From a virus, in the IMG/VR virus record IMGVR_UViG_3300021185_002518, positions 5,749-69,748 of that record: DNA of 64,000 bases. One strand, given 5' to 3'. Shown here piece after piece: positions 16,517 to 27,900 of this stretch. Position 1 is the first letter of the stretch. Every line of letters starts with the position of its first letter. A program made the position numbers and the translations under genes. The notes beneath the pieces are model-generated. The model was not told the DNA's origin. It saw only the letters and a program-made list of their open reading frames with translations, and made no database searches.

Positions 16517-18937
16517 ATGGCAGAGTCTGTTATAAAAAGTTATTTTCCAAGTCAAGTCGTAAGCGATGCTGAAAAGCTTAGCTACGATTATGGTTTAAAG
16601 GTTGCTAAGGCAATAGAAACAGAGTGGTTTAATAATGACAATAGATCAACAAGATACGATGCGAATCAAAACAATTTTCATGAACTAAGGCTTTACGCTA
16701 GAGGAGAGCAATCTGTACAGAAATATAAGGACGAGTTATCTATAAATGGTGATTTGTCCTATTTAAATTTAGACTGGACACCTGTACCTATTATACCTAA
16801 GTTTGTAGATATAGTTGTAAATGGCTTAGCTGAAAGAATGTATGATATAAAAGCTTATTCGGTTGACCCTTATGGAGTATCTCAAAGAACAGAGTACATG
16901 GAAGCTTTGTTAGAGGATATAAACATGAAGACTTATAATGATTTTGTTAATGCTGAATTAGGTATAGACATATCAAACTCAGATCAAGAAACTTTACCAG
17001 TAAATGAAGAAGAATTAGCATTGCATATGCAGTTAACTTACAAGCAGTCTGTAGAGATAGCTGAAGAACAAGCTTTAAAAGTTTTGATGGATGGTAATAA
17101 ATATGAATTGATTAAAAAGCGTTTTTATTATGATCTTACTGTTTTAGGTATTGGAGCTGTAAAAACAAGTTTTAACACTTCTGAAGGCGTAACAATAGAC
17201 TATGTTGACCCTGCTGACTTAGTATATTCATATACTGAATCACCTTACTTTGATGATATATATTACGTAGGTGAAGTTAAAAATATACCTATTAATGAGT
17301 TAGCAAAACAGTTTCCACATTTAGATGCTGAAGACTTAGATGATATAGTAAAAAATAAAAGTTACAACCAAACTAATAGAAACAACTCTTCAAGTTACAA
17401 TAACGAGGCAGACAATAATAAAGTTCAAGTTTTATATTTTAACTATAAAACATATATGAACGAAGTTTATAAAGTAAAAGAAACTGGTAGTGGTGCTGAA
17501 AAAGCTATTGAAAAAGATGATACATTTAATCCACCAGCTGAAGCTGTTGATTATTCAAGATTACAAAGAAGTATAGAGACTTTGTATGAAGGTGCTTTAG
17601 TTTTAGGTAGTAACAAGCTACTTAAATGGGAGATGGCTAAAAACATGATGAGACCTAAAAGTGATTTTACTAAGGTTAAAATGAATTATGCTATTGTTGC
17701 ACCTAGAATATATAAAGGTAAAATAGAAAGTTTAGTGAGACGTGTAACAGGTTTTGCTGACATGATACAACTTACACATCTAAAGATACAACAAGTGTTA
17801 GCTAGAATGGTGCCAGATGGTGTTTATTTAGATGCTGATGGTCTTGCTGAAATAGATTTAGGTAACGGAACAAATTATAGTCCACAAGAAGCTTTAAACA
17901 TGTTCTTCCAAACAGGTTCTGTTATTGGTAGATCGTTTACAAGCGAAGGCGAAATGAACCCTGGAAAAGTACCTATTCAAGAAATAACATCAGGTTCTGG
18001 TGGTGCAAAACTACAATCACTTATAGGTAATTACAATTATTACTTACAAATGATTAGAGATACCACAGGTCTTAACGAAGCTAGAGATGGTAGTTCGCCT
18101 GATAAAAACGCTTTAGTTGGAGTGCAGAAATTAGCTGCAGCTAACTCTAACACTGCAACAAGACATATATTACAGTCTGGTTTATTTTTAACAGCTGAGG
18201 TGGCAGAGTGTTTATCTCTTAGAGTGTCTGATATTATAGAGTACTCACCAACTGCAGACGCTTTTATACAGCAACTAGGCGCTCACAACGTTGCAACTCT
18301 TGGGGAAATGAAAAACTTACATTTATATGACTTTGGTATATTTATTGAGCTTGCACCAGATGAAGAAGAAAAAGCTTTATTAGAAAACAATATACAAGTT
18401 GCTTTAGCTCAACAAACTATAAACTTAGAAGATGCTATTGATATTAGAGAGATTAAAAATTTAAAACTTGCAAATCAACTTTTAAAACTTAGAAGATCTA
18501 AAAAAGAAGAAAAAGACTTTCAAATAAACCAAGCTAACATACAGGCGCAAGCCCAAGCTAACGGAGAAGCGCAGCAAGTAGCGGCTCAAGCAGAAATACA
18601 AAAAAACATGGCGATAACAGAATCAAAAGTAAGTTTAGCCCAAGTTGAAATGCAGTTAGCGCTTCAAAAAATGCAAGCAGAAGGCGCTCTTAAAAAAGAA
18701 CTAATGGAGCAAGAGTTTAGGTACAATATAGAGCTTAGAAAAATGGATGCTGAAGCTAATAACAATAAAGACAAACAGAAAGAAGATCGTAAAGACGAAA
18801 GAACAAAAATACAAGCAACACAACAATCAGAAATGATTGAACAAAGAAATAGTGGAAAACCACCTAAAAACTTTGAGTCCGCAGGTAATGATATATTAGG
18901 CGGCGGCTTCAATTTAGGCGGCTTTGAACCTAAATAA
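16517..18937 (+). CDS. portal protein
   Basis: 806 aa after terL; PIIPKFVDIVVNG, TGLNEARDG; Q-rich coiled C-terminus. Confidence 0.88.
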   Translation: MAESVIKSYFPSQVVSDAEKLSYDYGLKVAKAIETEWFNNDNRSTRYDANQNNFHELRLYARGEQSVQKYKDELSINGDLSYLNLDWTPVPIIPKFVDIVVNGLAERMYDIKAYSVDPYGVSQRTEYMEALLEDINMKTYNDFVNAELGIDISNSDQETLPVNEEELALHMQLTYKQSVEIAEEQALKVLMDGNKYELIKKRFYYDLTVLGIGAVKTSFNTSEGVTIDYVDPADLVYSYTESPYFDDIYYVGEVKNIPINELAKQFPHLDAEDLDDIVKNKSYNQTNRNNSSSYNNEADNNKVQVLYFNYKTYMNEVYKVKETGSGAEKAIEKDDTFNPPAEAVDYSRLQRSIETLYEGALVLGSNKLLKWEMAKNMMRPKSDFTKVKMNYAIVAPRIYKGKIESLVRRVTGFADMIQLTHLKIQQVLARMVPDGVYLDADGLAEIDLGNGTNYSPQEALNMFFQTGSVIGRSFTSEGEMNPGKVPIQEITSGSGGAKLQSLIGNYNYYLQMIRDTTGLNEARDGSSPDKNALVGVQKLAAANSNTATRHILQSGLFLTAEVAECLSLRVSDIIEYSPTADAFIQQLGAHNVATLGEMKNLHLYDFGIFIELAPDEEEKALLENNIQVALAQQTINLEDAIDIREIKNLKLANQLLKLRRSKKEEKDFQINQANIQAQAQANGEAQQVAAQAEIQKNMAITESKVSLAQVEMQLALQKMQAEGALKKELMEQEFRYNIELRKMDAEANNNKDKQKEDRKDERTKIQATQQSEMIEQRNSGKPPKNFESAGNDILGGGFNLGGFEPK

Positions 18938-18965
18938 CAATTATTAACTATTATTATATTATATT

Positions 18966-20129
18966 ATGGCAAAAAAGAAAAAGGTAACTGAAGAAGTTAC
19001 AAAAGTAGACTTGTCTAAAAAGGTTAAACCTGAAGACAATGTTACTAAAGTAAACCTAGATAAACCAATAGACAATGAAACCAAAGATGAAACTAAAGAA
19101 GATAACCCTGTCGACGAGGGAGTGGTTGGAGTCGATGAAAATGCCGATGCCACACAAGAACAAGAAGAAGTACAGCCGGAAGCTGAAACACAGGAAGAGC
19201 AATCTGTATTAGAAGAAATCACTGAAGAAGAAGTGGTGGAAAAAACAGAAGAATTAACTGAACAAGTTGAGGAAGCTATAGCAGAAGCTCAAGAAACTGG
19301 AAAAGCAATACCGGAGAATGTACAAAAGTTAATGGACTTTATGGAAGACACTGGTGGAACACTAGAAGATTACGTAACACTTAACCAAGATTTTTCTAGT
19401 TATGATGACATGACAGTTCTTAGAGAATATTACAAAAAAACAAAATCTCACTTAACACCTGAAGAGGTAGAATTTTTAATTGACGATAGATTTTCATATG
19501 ATGAGGATGTTGATGAAGAAAGAGAGATTAAAAAGAAAAAAATAGCGTTAAAAGAGCAAGTTGCCGACGCTAAAGCCCATCTGGACAGGCAAAAGTCCAA
19601 ATACTATGAAGAAATTAAAGCTGGGTCAAAGCTGACTAATGAACAACAAAAAGCTGTAAATTTTTTCAATAGATACAACAAGGAATCAAAAGAAAACGAA
19701 GCGGTTCTTGAAAAGCAAACAAATACTTTTAAAATGAAAACTAACAATGTTTTTAACAAAGACTTTAAAGGCTTTGATTATAATGTTGGTGACAAGAAGT
19801 ATAGGTTTAATGTTAAAGACAGCAACAAGGTAAAAGAAAACCAAAGCGATATTAATAATTTCGTCAAGAAGTTCTTGAATGAAAACAACGAAATGTCAGA
19901 TGCTACAGGTTATCACAAATCTTTGTTTACCGCTAACAATCCTGATGCTATTGCAAAGCATTTTTACGAACAAGGAAAAGCAGACGCTTTAAAAACAAGT
20001 GTTGCTAAAGCTAAGAACGTAGATATGAGCCCTAGACAACAACATGGTGTTGTTGAGGCTGGTGGTATGAAAGTAAAAGTACTAGGTAGCAATTCTAATG
20101 ATTTTAAGTTTAAATTAAAAAACAAATAA
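18966..20129 (+). CDS. putative capsid scaffolding protein
   Basis: Acidic coiled-coil protein between portal and capsid genes. Confidence 0.7.
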   Translation: MAKKKKVTEEVTKVDLSKKVKPEDNVTKVNLDKPIDNETKDETKEDNPVDEGVVGVDENADATQEQEEVQPEAETQEEQSVLEEITEEEVVEKTEELTEQVEEAIAEAQETGKAIPENVQKLMDFMEDTGGTLEDYVTLNQDFSSYDDMTVLREYYKKTKSHLTPEEVEFLIDDRFSYDEDVDEEREIKKKKIALKEQVADAKAHLDRQKSKYYEEIKAGSKLTNEQQKAVNFFNRYNKESKENEAVLEKQTNTFKMKTNNVFNKDFKGFDYNVGDKKYRFNVKDSNKVKENQSDINNFVKKFLNENNEMSDATGYHKSLFTANNPDAIAKHFYEQGKADALKTSVAKAKNVDMSPRQQHGVVEAGGMKVKVLGSNSNDFKFKLKNK

Positions 20130-20155
20130 ATTATAAATTTTAAAAAAACAAAATT

Positions 20156-21691
20156 ATGGCAATTACTGCAGGTGATAATTTGAATAGCGTACCTTCTCAC
20201 GTACAGAAGACGTTATCTACAAATTACTTAGACCTAAACTCTTCAACGGGTTGGGCACAACAATATGTTCCAGATCTTATGGAAAAAGAAGCAGAGGTAT
20301 TCGGACAAAGAACTATCTCAGGTTTTCTTTCACAAATAGGAGCTGAAGAAGCGATGACTGCTGACCAAGTTATTTGGTCTGAGCAAGGTCGTTTACATTT
20401 ATCTTACAAAGGTAAGATCGCAACTAACGGTGGTTCTGGTGGATCAGGACCTGGTGGTGCTGACATCGACGGTTCTGGAGCTGGTGGTGCAACTACTCAA
20501 ATTACTATTGAGCAAGACATGGACGGAAATGACAAAACTACTGATCACGGTATTAGAGTTAATGATACTGTTATAGTAGCTAACGCTGCTGGTGTTCACA
20601 AATGTTTAGTTGTTACAGCTGCTGCTGCTACAGCTACTATTGACGTTGCACCTTATGGTGGAGCTGCAATAGCTGATAGTAATGGTACTTTATCATGTAC
20701 TATATTAGTTTATGGTTCTGAATATGGAAAAGGAACTTCTTATATGACTGGTGGTACTTCAACTGCTCAGCAAGATTCAAGAGGAGCTAACGAACCATCT
20801 TTCCAAACTTTCCAAAACAAGCCGATTATCTTAAAAGACTACTACTCTGTATCAGGTTCTGATGCTTCAAGAGTTGGTTGGGTTGAGATAACTGCTGAAA
20901 GCGGTGCTTCTGGGTACTTATGGTACTTAAAAGCTGAAGCTGACACAAGAGCTCGTTTTAATGACTACTTAGAAATGGCAATGTTAGAAGGTGAATTAAA
21001 CGCTGCTGGATCTTTAGCTGATGGATCAAACTTAATTCCTGGATCAACTACTGGTGCTGGTCACGTAGGTACTGAAGGTTTATTTGCTGCTATCGAAGAT
21101 AGAGGTAATTTAACTTCAGGTGTTACTGGTGTTAACGCTGCTACTGATTTAGCTGAATTTGACGCTATCTTAGCTGAGTTTGATAAGCAAGGTGCTATTG
21201 AGGAAAATATGATGTTTGTAAATAGAGCTACGTCTCTTGCAATGGACGACATGTTAGCTTCAATGAATTCTTACGGTGCTGGTGGTACATCTTACGGTGT
21301 ATTCAACAACTCTGAGGATATGGCATTAAATTTAGGTTTCTCTGGTTTCAGAAGAGGTTCTTATGACTTCTACAAGTCTGACTTCAGATACTTAAATGAC
21401 TTAGCTACAAGAGGTGGTATTAACGCTGCTAACGCTGCTAATGCAATCAGAGGGGTTATTGTTCCAGCTGGTACTTCTAACGTTTACGATCAACAATTAG
21501 GTAAAAACCTAAAACGTCCTTTCTTACACGTTAGATATAGAGCTTCACAAACTGATAACAGAAAGTTAAAAACTTGGGTTACTGGTTCTGTTGGCGCTAC
21601 TACGTCTGCTTTAGATGCAATGGAAATACACATGTTATCTGAAAGATGTTTAATTACTCAAGGTGCTAACAATTTCATGTTAATGAAATAA
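20156..21691 (+). CDS. major capsid protein
   Basis: WSEQGRLH, GTEGLFAAIEDRG, LGFSGFRRGSYDF; strong codon bias; followed by terminator. Confidence 0.85.
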   Translation: MAITAGDNLNSVPSHVQKTLSTNYLDLNSSTGWAQQYVPDLMEKEAEVFGQRTISGFLSQIGAEEAMTADQVIWSEQGRLHLSYKGKIATNGGSGGSGPGGADIDGSGAGGATTQITIEQDMDGNDKTTDHGIRVNDTVIVANAAGVHKCLVVTAAAATATIDVAPYGGAAIADSNGTLSCTILVYGSEYGKGTSYMTGGTSTAQQDSRGANEPSFQTFQNKPIILKDYYSVSGSDASRVGWVEITAESGASGYLWYLKAEADTRARFNDYLEMAMLEGELNAAGSLADGSNLIPGSTTGAGHVGTEGLFAAIEDRGNLTSGVTGVNAATDLAEFDAILAEFDKQGAIEENMMFVNRATSLAMDDMLASMNSYGAGGTSYGVFNNSEDMALNLGFSGFRRGSYDFYKSDFRYLNDLATRGGINAANAANAIRGVIVPAGTSNVYDQQLGKNLKRPFLHVRYRASQTDNRKLKTWVTGSVGATTSALDAMEIHMLSERCLITQGANNFMLMK

Positions 21692-21705
21692 GCACTGTTT
21701 ATACT

Positions 21706-21740
21706 AAAGAACCGGGGCTTCGGCCTCGGTCCTTTTATTT
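21706..21740 (+). terminator. intrinsic terminator after capsid gene
   Basis: ACCGGGGC-TTCG-GCCTCGGT followed by CCTTTTATTT. Confidence 0.85.
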
Positions 21741-21764
21741 ATTAATTTTATTATATATTATATT

Positions 21765-22586
21765 ATGGCTAAAAAACAAAAAACACAAGAGGTAGAGGTA
21801 CCTGTTGTTGAAACACCAGTTGTTGAAACACAAAAACCAAAAGTAAAAATTGAACCTAAAAAACCAACTTGGGAAATAAAAGATAGGTTGTATTATTTAA
21901 AAGGTGGTAAAAAACCTTTGTCAAGATCAATAAAAGCTGCAAATGTTTATTATTTTGACGAGGAAAAAGGTTATGAAAGAGAACTTAAGTATTGTCAAAA
22001 TCAAAAAACACCTTTTGTTGATGAGATGGTAGGTGATCAAAGATTAGAACATATTATATTTAGATCTGGTTCTTTATTTGTACCAAAAGAAAAAACAGTT
22101 TTACAAAAACTATTGTCTTTATACCACCCACATAGAGACAATGTATTTTATGAGCATAAACCTCAAGTTATAGCTGAACAACAGTTAAATTCTCTAGAAA
22201 TAGAAGCTGACGCAATAATAGCTGCTAGAAACATAGATGTAGATATGGCTGAAGCGATAATGAGAGTAGAGGTTGGTTCTAGAGTTTCAGAGATGAGTTC
22301 TAAGGAACTTAAAAGAGATTTACTTATATACGCTAAAAACAACCCTTATTTATTCTTAGATCTTTTAGAAGATGATAACATACAACTTAGAAATTTTGGT
22401 ATAAAAGCAACTGAAATGGGATTGTTGAAATTATCTAGAGACCAAAGAACATTTAGTTGGGGTTCTAACAATAGAAAATTAATGAACGTTCCTTTTGACG
22501 AGCATCCGTATACGGCTCTGGCTTCTTGGTTTAAAACTGACGAAGGTATGGAGATTTACACGACTATTGAAAAACAATTAAAATAA
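21765..22586 (+). CDS. conserved hypothetical protein downstream of capsid gene
   Basis: 273-aa ORF. Confidence 0.8.
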   Translation: MAKKQKTQEVEVPVVETPVVETQKPKVKIEPKKPTWEIKDRLYYLKGGKKPLSRSIKAANVYYFDEEKGYERELKYCQNQKTPFVDEMVGDQRLEHIIFRSGSLFVPKEKTVLQKLLSLYHPHRDNVFYEHKPQVIAEQQLNSLEIEADAIIAARNIDVDMAEAIMRVEVGSRVSEMSSKELKRDLLIYAKNNPYLFLDLLEDDNIQLRNFGIKATEMGLLKLSRDQRTFSWGSNNRKLMNVPFDEHPYTALASWFKTDEGMEIYTTIEKQLK

Positions 22587-22599
22587 TCAAACTGTAGAA

Positions 22600-22623
22600 G
22601 CGGTCGCTCTACGGGGCGATCGC
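22600..22623 (+). promoter_or_regulatory. stable GC-rich hairpin with cUACGg loop and no U-tract
   Basis: GCGGTCGCTC-TACG-GGGCGATCGC, flanked by TGTAG/CTACA. Confidence 0.6.
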
Positions 22624-22642
22624 AAACTACAATAAAAAAAAT

Positions 22643-23350
22643 ATGGTAAATATAAACACAGTGTACCAAACGGTATTAGCTTTAGCTAACAAAGAACAAA
22701 GGGGTTATATAACACCACAAGAATTTAATTTATTTGCAATACAAGCACAAATGCAAATATTTGAACAATATTTTTACGACTTAAACCAGTTTTTAAGAGC
22801 ACCTAGTAATAATACATCACATTCTGACATGGTAGACTTGTTAGAAGAAAAAATAAGTTTGTTTGAGCGAACAAACGTAGCTGTTGGAAGTGGTACTCAA
22901 TTACCAAGTGATTTGTACAAGCTACAGCAAGTAATGTGGAAAGAGTTTGGTCAAGGCAATAGCAATCAAATATACGACGTTGAATATGTTAGCCAAAAAA
23001 CATATACTCAAATGAGGAGAGTTAGTCTTGTTAAACCTACAGATGAAAGACTAGTATATATTAGAAATGCATTCGGTATAGCTGTCATAGGTAAAGAACA
23101 AAAAACAATTGGAGTAACTTGTAATTACATTAAAGCTCCTGAAAATCCAAGCTGGACATATGTTGTTGTAGGTGAAAAAGCACTGTTTAATCCAGATGGT
23201 GGAGCTGTAGACTTTGAGCTTCATCACTCAGAACAAACAGAACTTGTGACAAGAATTTTGGGCTTAGCTGGAATAACATTAAAAGACCAAAGCCTTTATC
23301 AAATAGCTTCAAACGAAGAATCTAAACAAATCCAACAACAAAAAAGATAA
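22643..23350 (+). CDS. tail tubular/adaptor ring protein
   Basis: NKEQRGYITPQEFN, YIKAP..P.W, FELH..E motifs; position. Confidence 0.7.
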   Translation: MVNINTVYQTVLALANKEQRGYITPQEFNLFAIQAQMQIFEQYFYDLNQFLRAPSNNTSHSDMVDLLEEKISLFERTNVAVGSGTQLPSDLYKLQQVMWKEFGQGNSNQIYDVEYVSQKTYTQMRRVSLVKPTDERLVYIRNAFGIAVIGKEQKTIGVTCNYIKAPENPSWTYVVVGEKALFNPDGGAVDFELHHSEQTELVTRILGLAGITLKDQSLYQIASNEESKQIQQQKR

Positions 23351-23353
23351 GAA

Positions 23354-24946
23354 ATGACAGTAGATCCAAATAGAATTCAGAAAGACTATTACGAGGGAAA
23401 CAATCACGGTGATTATCAATTTACATCTCTAAAAGATATTATACAGCAATTTTTAGTAGTGTACGTTGGTGAGGGTAAAATAATAAGTAAAGCTAGTGAA
23501 ACAGATGTTTCTTTTCACGCCCAAAGAGCTTTACAAGAACTTTCTTTTGACACTTTCAAATCCATTAAGTCTCAAGAAATAGTATTACCACCATCACTAC
23601 AAATGATGCTTCCCCATGATTATGTTAATTACACTAAAGTTTGTTGGTCAGATTCGTCTGGTATCGAACATACTATGTACCCTACCAGCAAGACATCAAA
23701 CCCAACATCAATAATTCAAAACAACATTGGTGGTTATGATTTCTCTGGAAACGATTTTAACGTTTCAGACTTGCACAACCCGGAGTTCAACACTACTTTA
23801 GACTCTGTTTTAGACTGGACTGCTTCTCCAGCTAGATTCCACCAACAATATTCACCTACTACAACAGATCCAGTAACTGGTTCAACTATAACTAATCCAA
23901 ATTACCCTAGCCCTACAAATCCAAACTCTCTACCTCAAAAAGATATATTTAACGCTGTAAACGGTAAGTTAACGGCAAATATATTTCAAGAAGTACATGA
24001 TCCTAGTGGAGCTAATATTAGTTTTGGTAGACACTACTCTTGCTGGCAAGAAATAAACGTTGATGGTGTTGATGATATTACTATTTCTGGTTTTGGTGAT
24101 GTTCCAGCCGATGGAACTGGTTTTTCTAATGCCACTATAAGGCTTGGTATAAGTTCTACAAAAGGTGATACAAGGACAAATCCTCATATAACCTTTGCAA
24201 ACCCAAGTACAAATGGCCAAACTTTTGGTTTTGCTGGTTACGGGCCAAACTTTGTACCACATAATAATACTGTAGCATTTATACAGTGGAGAGGTGGTTT
24301 TGCAGGTGAGGCAAAAAGAAAAAGCTTGTCTAGTATAGACGTATCTCAGTATCAAACTGTTTTTGTTTTAGTTACCATGTTTGTACCTGGAGATCTTAGT
24401 AATTTACCAGACAACACAAGTGTTGACTTTACATTAGATACTATAAAGGTTGTAGCAACAGGTGAGTATAATAATTTACAGTTAAATCCAGAATCTAAAA
24501 CTTGGGAAAATTTTAAATCATCAAATACTTCTGAAACAAACACTCAAGAATACGATACGGACAATTACGATTTAATTGTTGGTAAAAGATATGGTCTCGA
24601 TCCACAGCATTCTCAAGTTAATGGTTCTTTTTATATTGATAACTTAAAAGGTTTAGTGCACTTTAGCTCTAACATTTCAGGAAAAACTGTAATCTTAAAA
24701 TATATAAGCGATAGTCTTGGTACTGATCAAGAAATGCAAGTACATAAACTAGCTCAAGAAGCTTTGTATAAACATATAATGTACGCTATATTATCAACAA
24801 CTGCAAATATTCCAGAGTATATAGTTAGAAGGTACAAACAAGAAAGGTTTGCAGCAACAAGACAAGCTAAACTAAGACTATCAAATATAAAGCTAGAAGA
24901 AATAACACAAATACTTAGAGGTAAGTCTAAGTTGATAAAACACTAA
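23354..24946 (+). CDS. tail ring/structural protein with inserted beta-rich domain
   Basis: RALQELSFD...LPHDYVNY N-part; ILKYISD...AKLRLSN C-part. Confidence 0.7.
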   Translation: MTVDPNRIQKDYYEGNNHGDYQFTSLKDIIQQFLVVYVGEGKIISKASETDVSFHAQRALQELSFDTFKSIKSQEIVLPPSLQMMLPHDYVNYTKVCWSDSSGIEHTMYPTSKTSNPTSIIQNNIGGYDFSGNDFNVSDLHNPEFNTTLDSVLDWTASPARFHQQYSPTTTDPVTGSTITNPNYPSPTNPNSLPQKDIFNAVNGKLTANIFQEVHDPSGANISFGRHYSCWQEINVDGVDDITISGFGDVPADGTGFSNATIRLGISSTKGDTRTNPHITFANPSTNGQTFGFAGYGPNFVPHNNTVAFIQWRGGFAGEAKRKSLSSIDVSQYQTVFVLVTMFVPGDLSNLPDNTSVDFTLDTIKVVATGEYNNLQLNPESKTWENFKSSNTSETNTQEYDTDNYDLIVGKRYGLDPQHSQVNGSFYIDNLKGLVHFSSNISGKTVILKYISDSLGTDQEMQVHKLAQEALYKHIMYAILSTTANIPEYIVRRYKQERFAATRQAKLRLSNIKLEEITQILRGKSKLIKH

Positions 24947-24949
24947 TAT

Positions 24950-27900
24950 ATGCCAGAAATTAAAAACACTTTTGTTGGGGGTAAGATAAATCAAGACCTT
25001 GACGAAAGAATTGTTCCTAATGGAGAGTACATAGATGCGATGAATATTAAGGTTAATTCATCTGACGACTCTAGTGTTGGTACGGTTCAAAACATATTAG
25101 GAAACTCTAGAGCAGACATAATAGTGCCGCAAGACTATTTGTGTATAGCAACTATTGCTGATGAAAAAAATAATAAGTTATATTGGTTTGTAACAAAACA
25201 ATTGCCAACTCCAATTAACGCTATATTACAGTATGACTTAAATGAAATAGGCTCTGCAGCTAAAATAGTTTTAATTGATAAAAACAACTCTACTTTAAAG
25301 TTTACAACAAAAATTATTACTGGTATAAACATTATTGACAATTTGTTGTTCTGGACAGATGGTGTTAACGAACCTAGAAAAATCAATATAGATGATTGTA
25401 TAGAGGGTACAAAAATATCAAACCCTTCTGTTCAAGACTTAGACACCTCAACTCATACTAGGCTAGTTGTTAACGGTGTTGATAAAGGTGATATTAAAGA
25501 GAAACATATAACTGTTATTAAAACAGCGCCTAGAGTAGCTCCTCTAACAACTTTACTTCCTAACTACGCAAAGCCAGCCGTGCTTTTCGAAAAAGTTTTC
25601 CCAAGATTTTCTTATAGATACAAATACAAAGACGGAGAGTATTCTTCTTTTGGTCCTTTTACAGATGTAATATTTAATCCTATATATAAAGACGAGTACA
25701 ACAATGATAACGCCTACTCGATTGAAGAGGGTAACAACGCTGGTATGGTAAACAACATAAAAGCTATAAGTTTTAAAGGTTTTAGACATGCTAAAATGGT
25801 GCCAAACGTAGTTCAGGTGGAGTTGCTTTACAAAGAAGAAGGTTCTAGCGTTATTTTTTCTGTTAAAAAAATAAACTATGATGACTACGAGTGGTCTCAA
25901 AACAGCTTTGTTTTAGAATCACAAGATATATTTGCGGCAATACCTGAAAATCAATTACTAAGACCTTGGGATAACGTGCCTACTAAAGCTTTAGCTCAAG
26001 AGGTAACAGGTAATAGAATTGTATATGGTAATTACACACAGGGTGAAGATTTAATCTCTAGTGATGGCACTAAAGCGGTATCATCTGTTGAGGCTGACTA
26101 CGAGCAAAGAGACACAGAGTACACTTTAAATGATGACTTCAGTTTAGGTGGTATAAATTCTTTGAAATCACAAAGAGAATATAACGTTGGAATTGTATGG
26201 GGCGATAAGTATGGTAGAGAAACGCCTGTTAATGAAAATGTAGGAAGTGTTGCAATACCTTGGTTTAATGAAGACACGGGTTATCTTACAGCAAGTAGCT
26301 CTACTTCTTTAAAGTTAAACGTTAATGGTAAAAAACCTGCTTGGGCAGATTACTATAAGTTTTTTGTTAAAGAAAACTCAGGAGAATACTATAATATACT
26401 AATGGAAAAAGCTTATTCTACAGAAAAAGTAAATTTCTTTGACAAAACGGACGAGAAAATATGGTTAGGTTTCGTGTCTTCAGATAGAAACAAGATTACA
26501 GATCAAGAATATATAATTCTCAAAAAACAAATTGGAACAAATGAAGGGCAGATACCTTTAGAGAATAAATTTAAAGTATTCGACGTACAAAATGAAGCTC
26601 CAGACGCTATAAAATATAGACATGTAGACATGGGTCGAGTTGTAAAGGGAACTACTGGATCAGCTAATTATTTTGATGATATATTTACTGAAGCGCTCTT
26701 TAGGCCAGACGAAGAAACAGACATGCTTTATATAGATAGGGCCGAGTGGGTTAATGGTGTTGGTGGTTCTTTACAGCAAAGCGCTGACAACAAAGAAATG
26801 TGGGTTGAAACTTTATACACCTCATGGAAAGATACTGTAACTGGTAAAAGCTCTGAAAAATATAGAATAATATCTTCTGTATTTAATGCTACAGGTGAAT
26901 ACATGTTAAAGTTAGATAGAAAGATAAGTACTGATGACGCTGCTATAGCTTTAGACTCAAGTGGCGATCTTAATGCGGACTTAGAGTTTTTAATAGAAAA
27001 AAGAGAAGAGGTAGAGCTAGAAGAGTTTACTGGTAAGTTTTTTGTTCAGATAAGTTCTCTTTCTTCTGTTCAACCAAGTCTTACGGACGAAGAGCTAAAC
27101 GCTAACCACATGCAAGTTGCAACCCAAAAATTATTTTGGTTTTATGACGATTCTGATAACACCGTAAACGAACTATTTGGTAACGTGTCAATACCAAATC
27201 CAGAACCAGCTTTTGCCAATGCAGTTGGTGGTGTAAGTGGTGACTTAACAAACACACATACAGACTATTCTTCTTTAATGGGACAGTTTGGTAATATTAA
27301 CAAAGGATTTTTTGTTGACAACCTATATATGGCTGGTGGCCAAGTACATGATGCTAACTATGCTAAGAGTACCGGTAGATCTTGGATGGGTAAACATGAC
27401 CAGCACGCAGTAACGCCAACATGGGGTTTATTACTACGCGATGGGGATGTATTTGATATTACCACAACTAACGACGAAGTTTATGGTTGGGGTTATGGTT
27501 TTTTTTATGGTCATATTAATCCCTCTCTGCCTGATCCTAGTAGTCCTCATTTTGGTAAAAAATTTCCACTTGTAGATTTATTACAAGGTGGTGGTAATTT
27601 TGCCCATGGTAATGGCTTAAATGCAAATTGGGTGCAAGGTCAAAAGCTTCGACAAAACCCATCTACTCAAAAAATGGTTAACAGTATAGAAGGTTTTGTA
27701 ACCACAACCAATGCTTACTCTTCAATAAATGGAAGTGCTACCGCTTACAGAAGATGGAGAAAACCTGGTTTTACTAACGATTTTGGAAATTATTTTGATG
27801 GAGATCCCGAAGAAACATATGGTACTGAAAATGGTGTTCATTATATGCAAATATCATTTATGGCTCCAGGAGAAGACCTTGTTGGTACTATTGATTCAAA

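Noticed and set aside
14301-21691. Introns or inteins in terL, portal or capsid genes (also nrdJ)
   Set aside because: Reading frames are continuous with expected sizes; no intein C/HN splice motifs seen.
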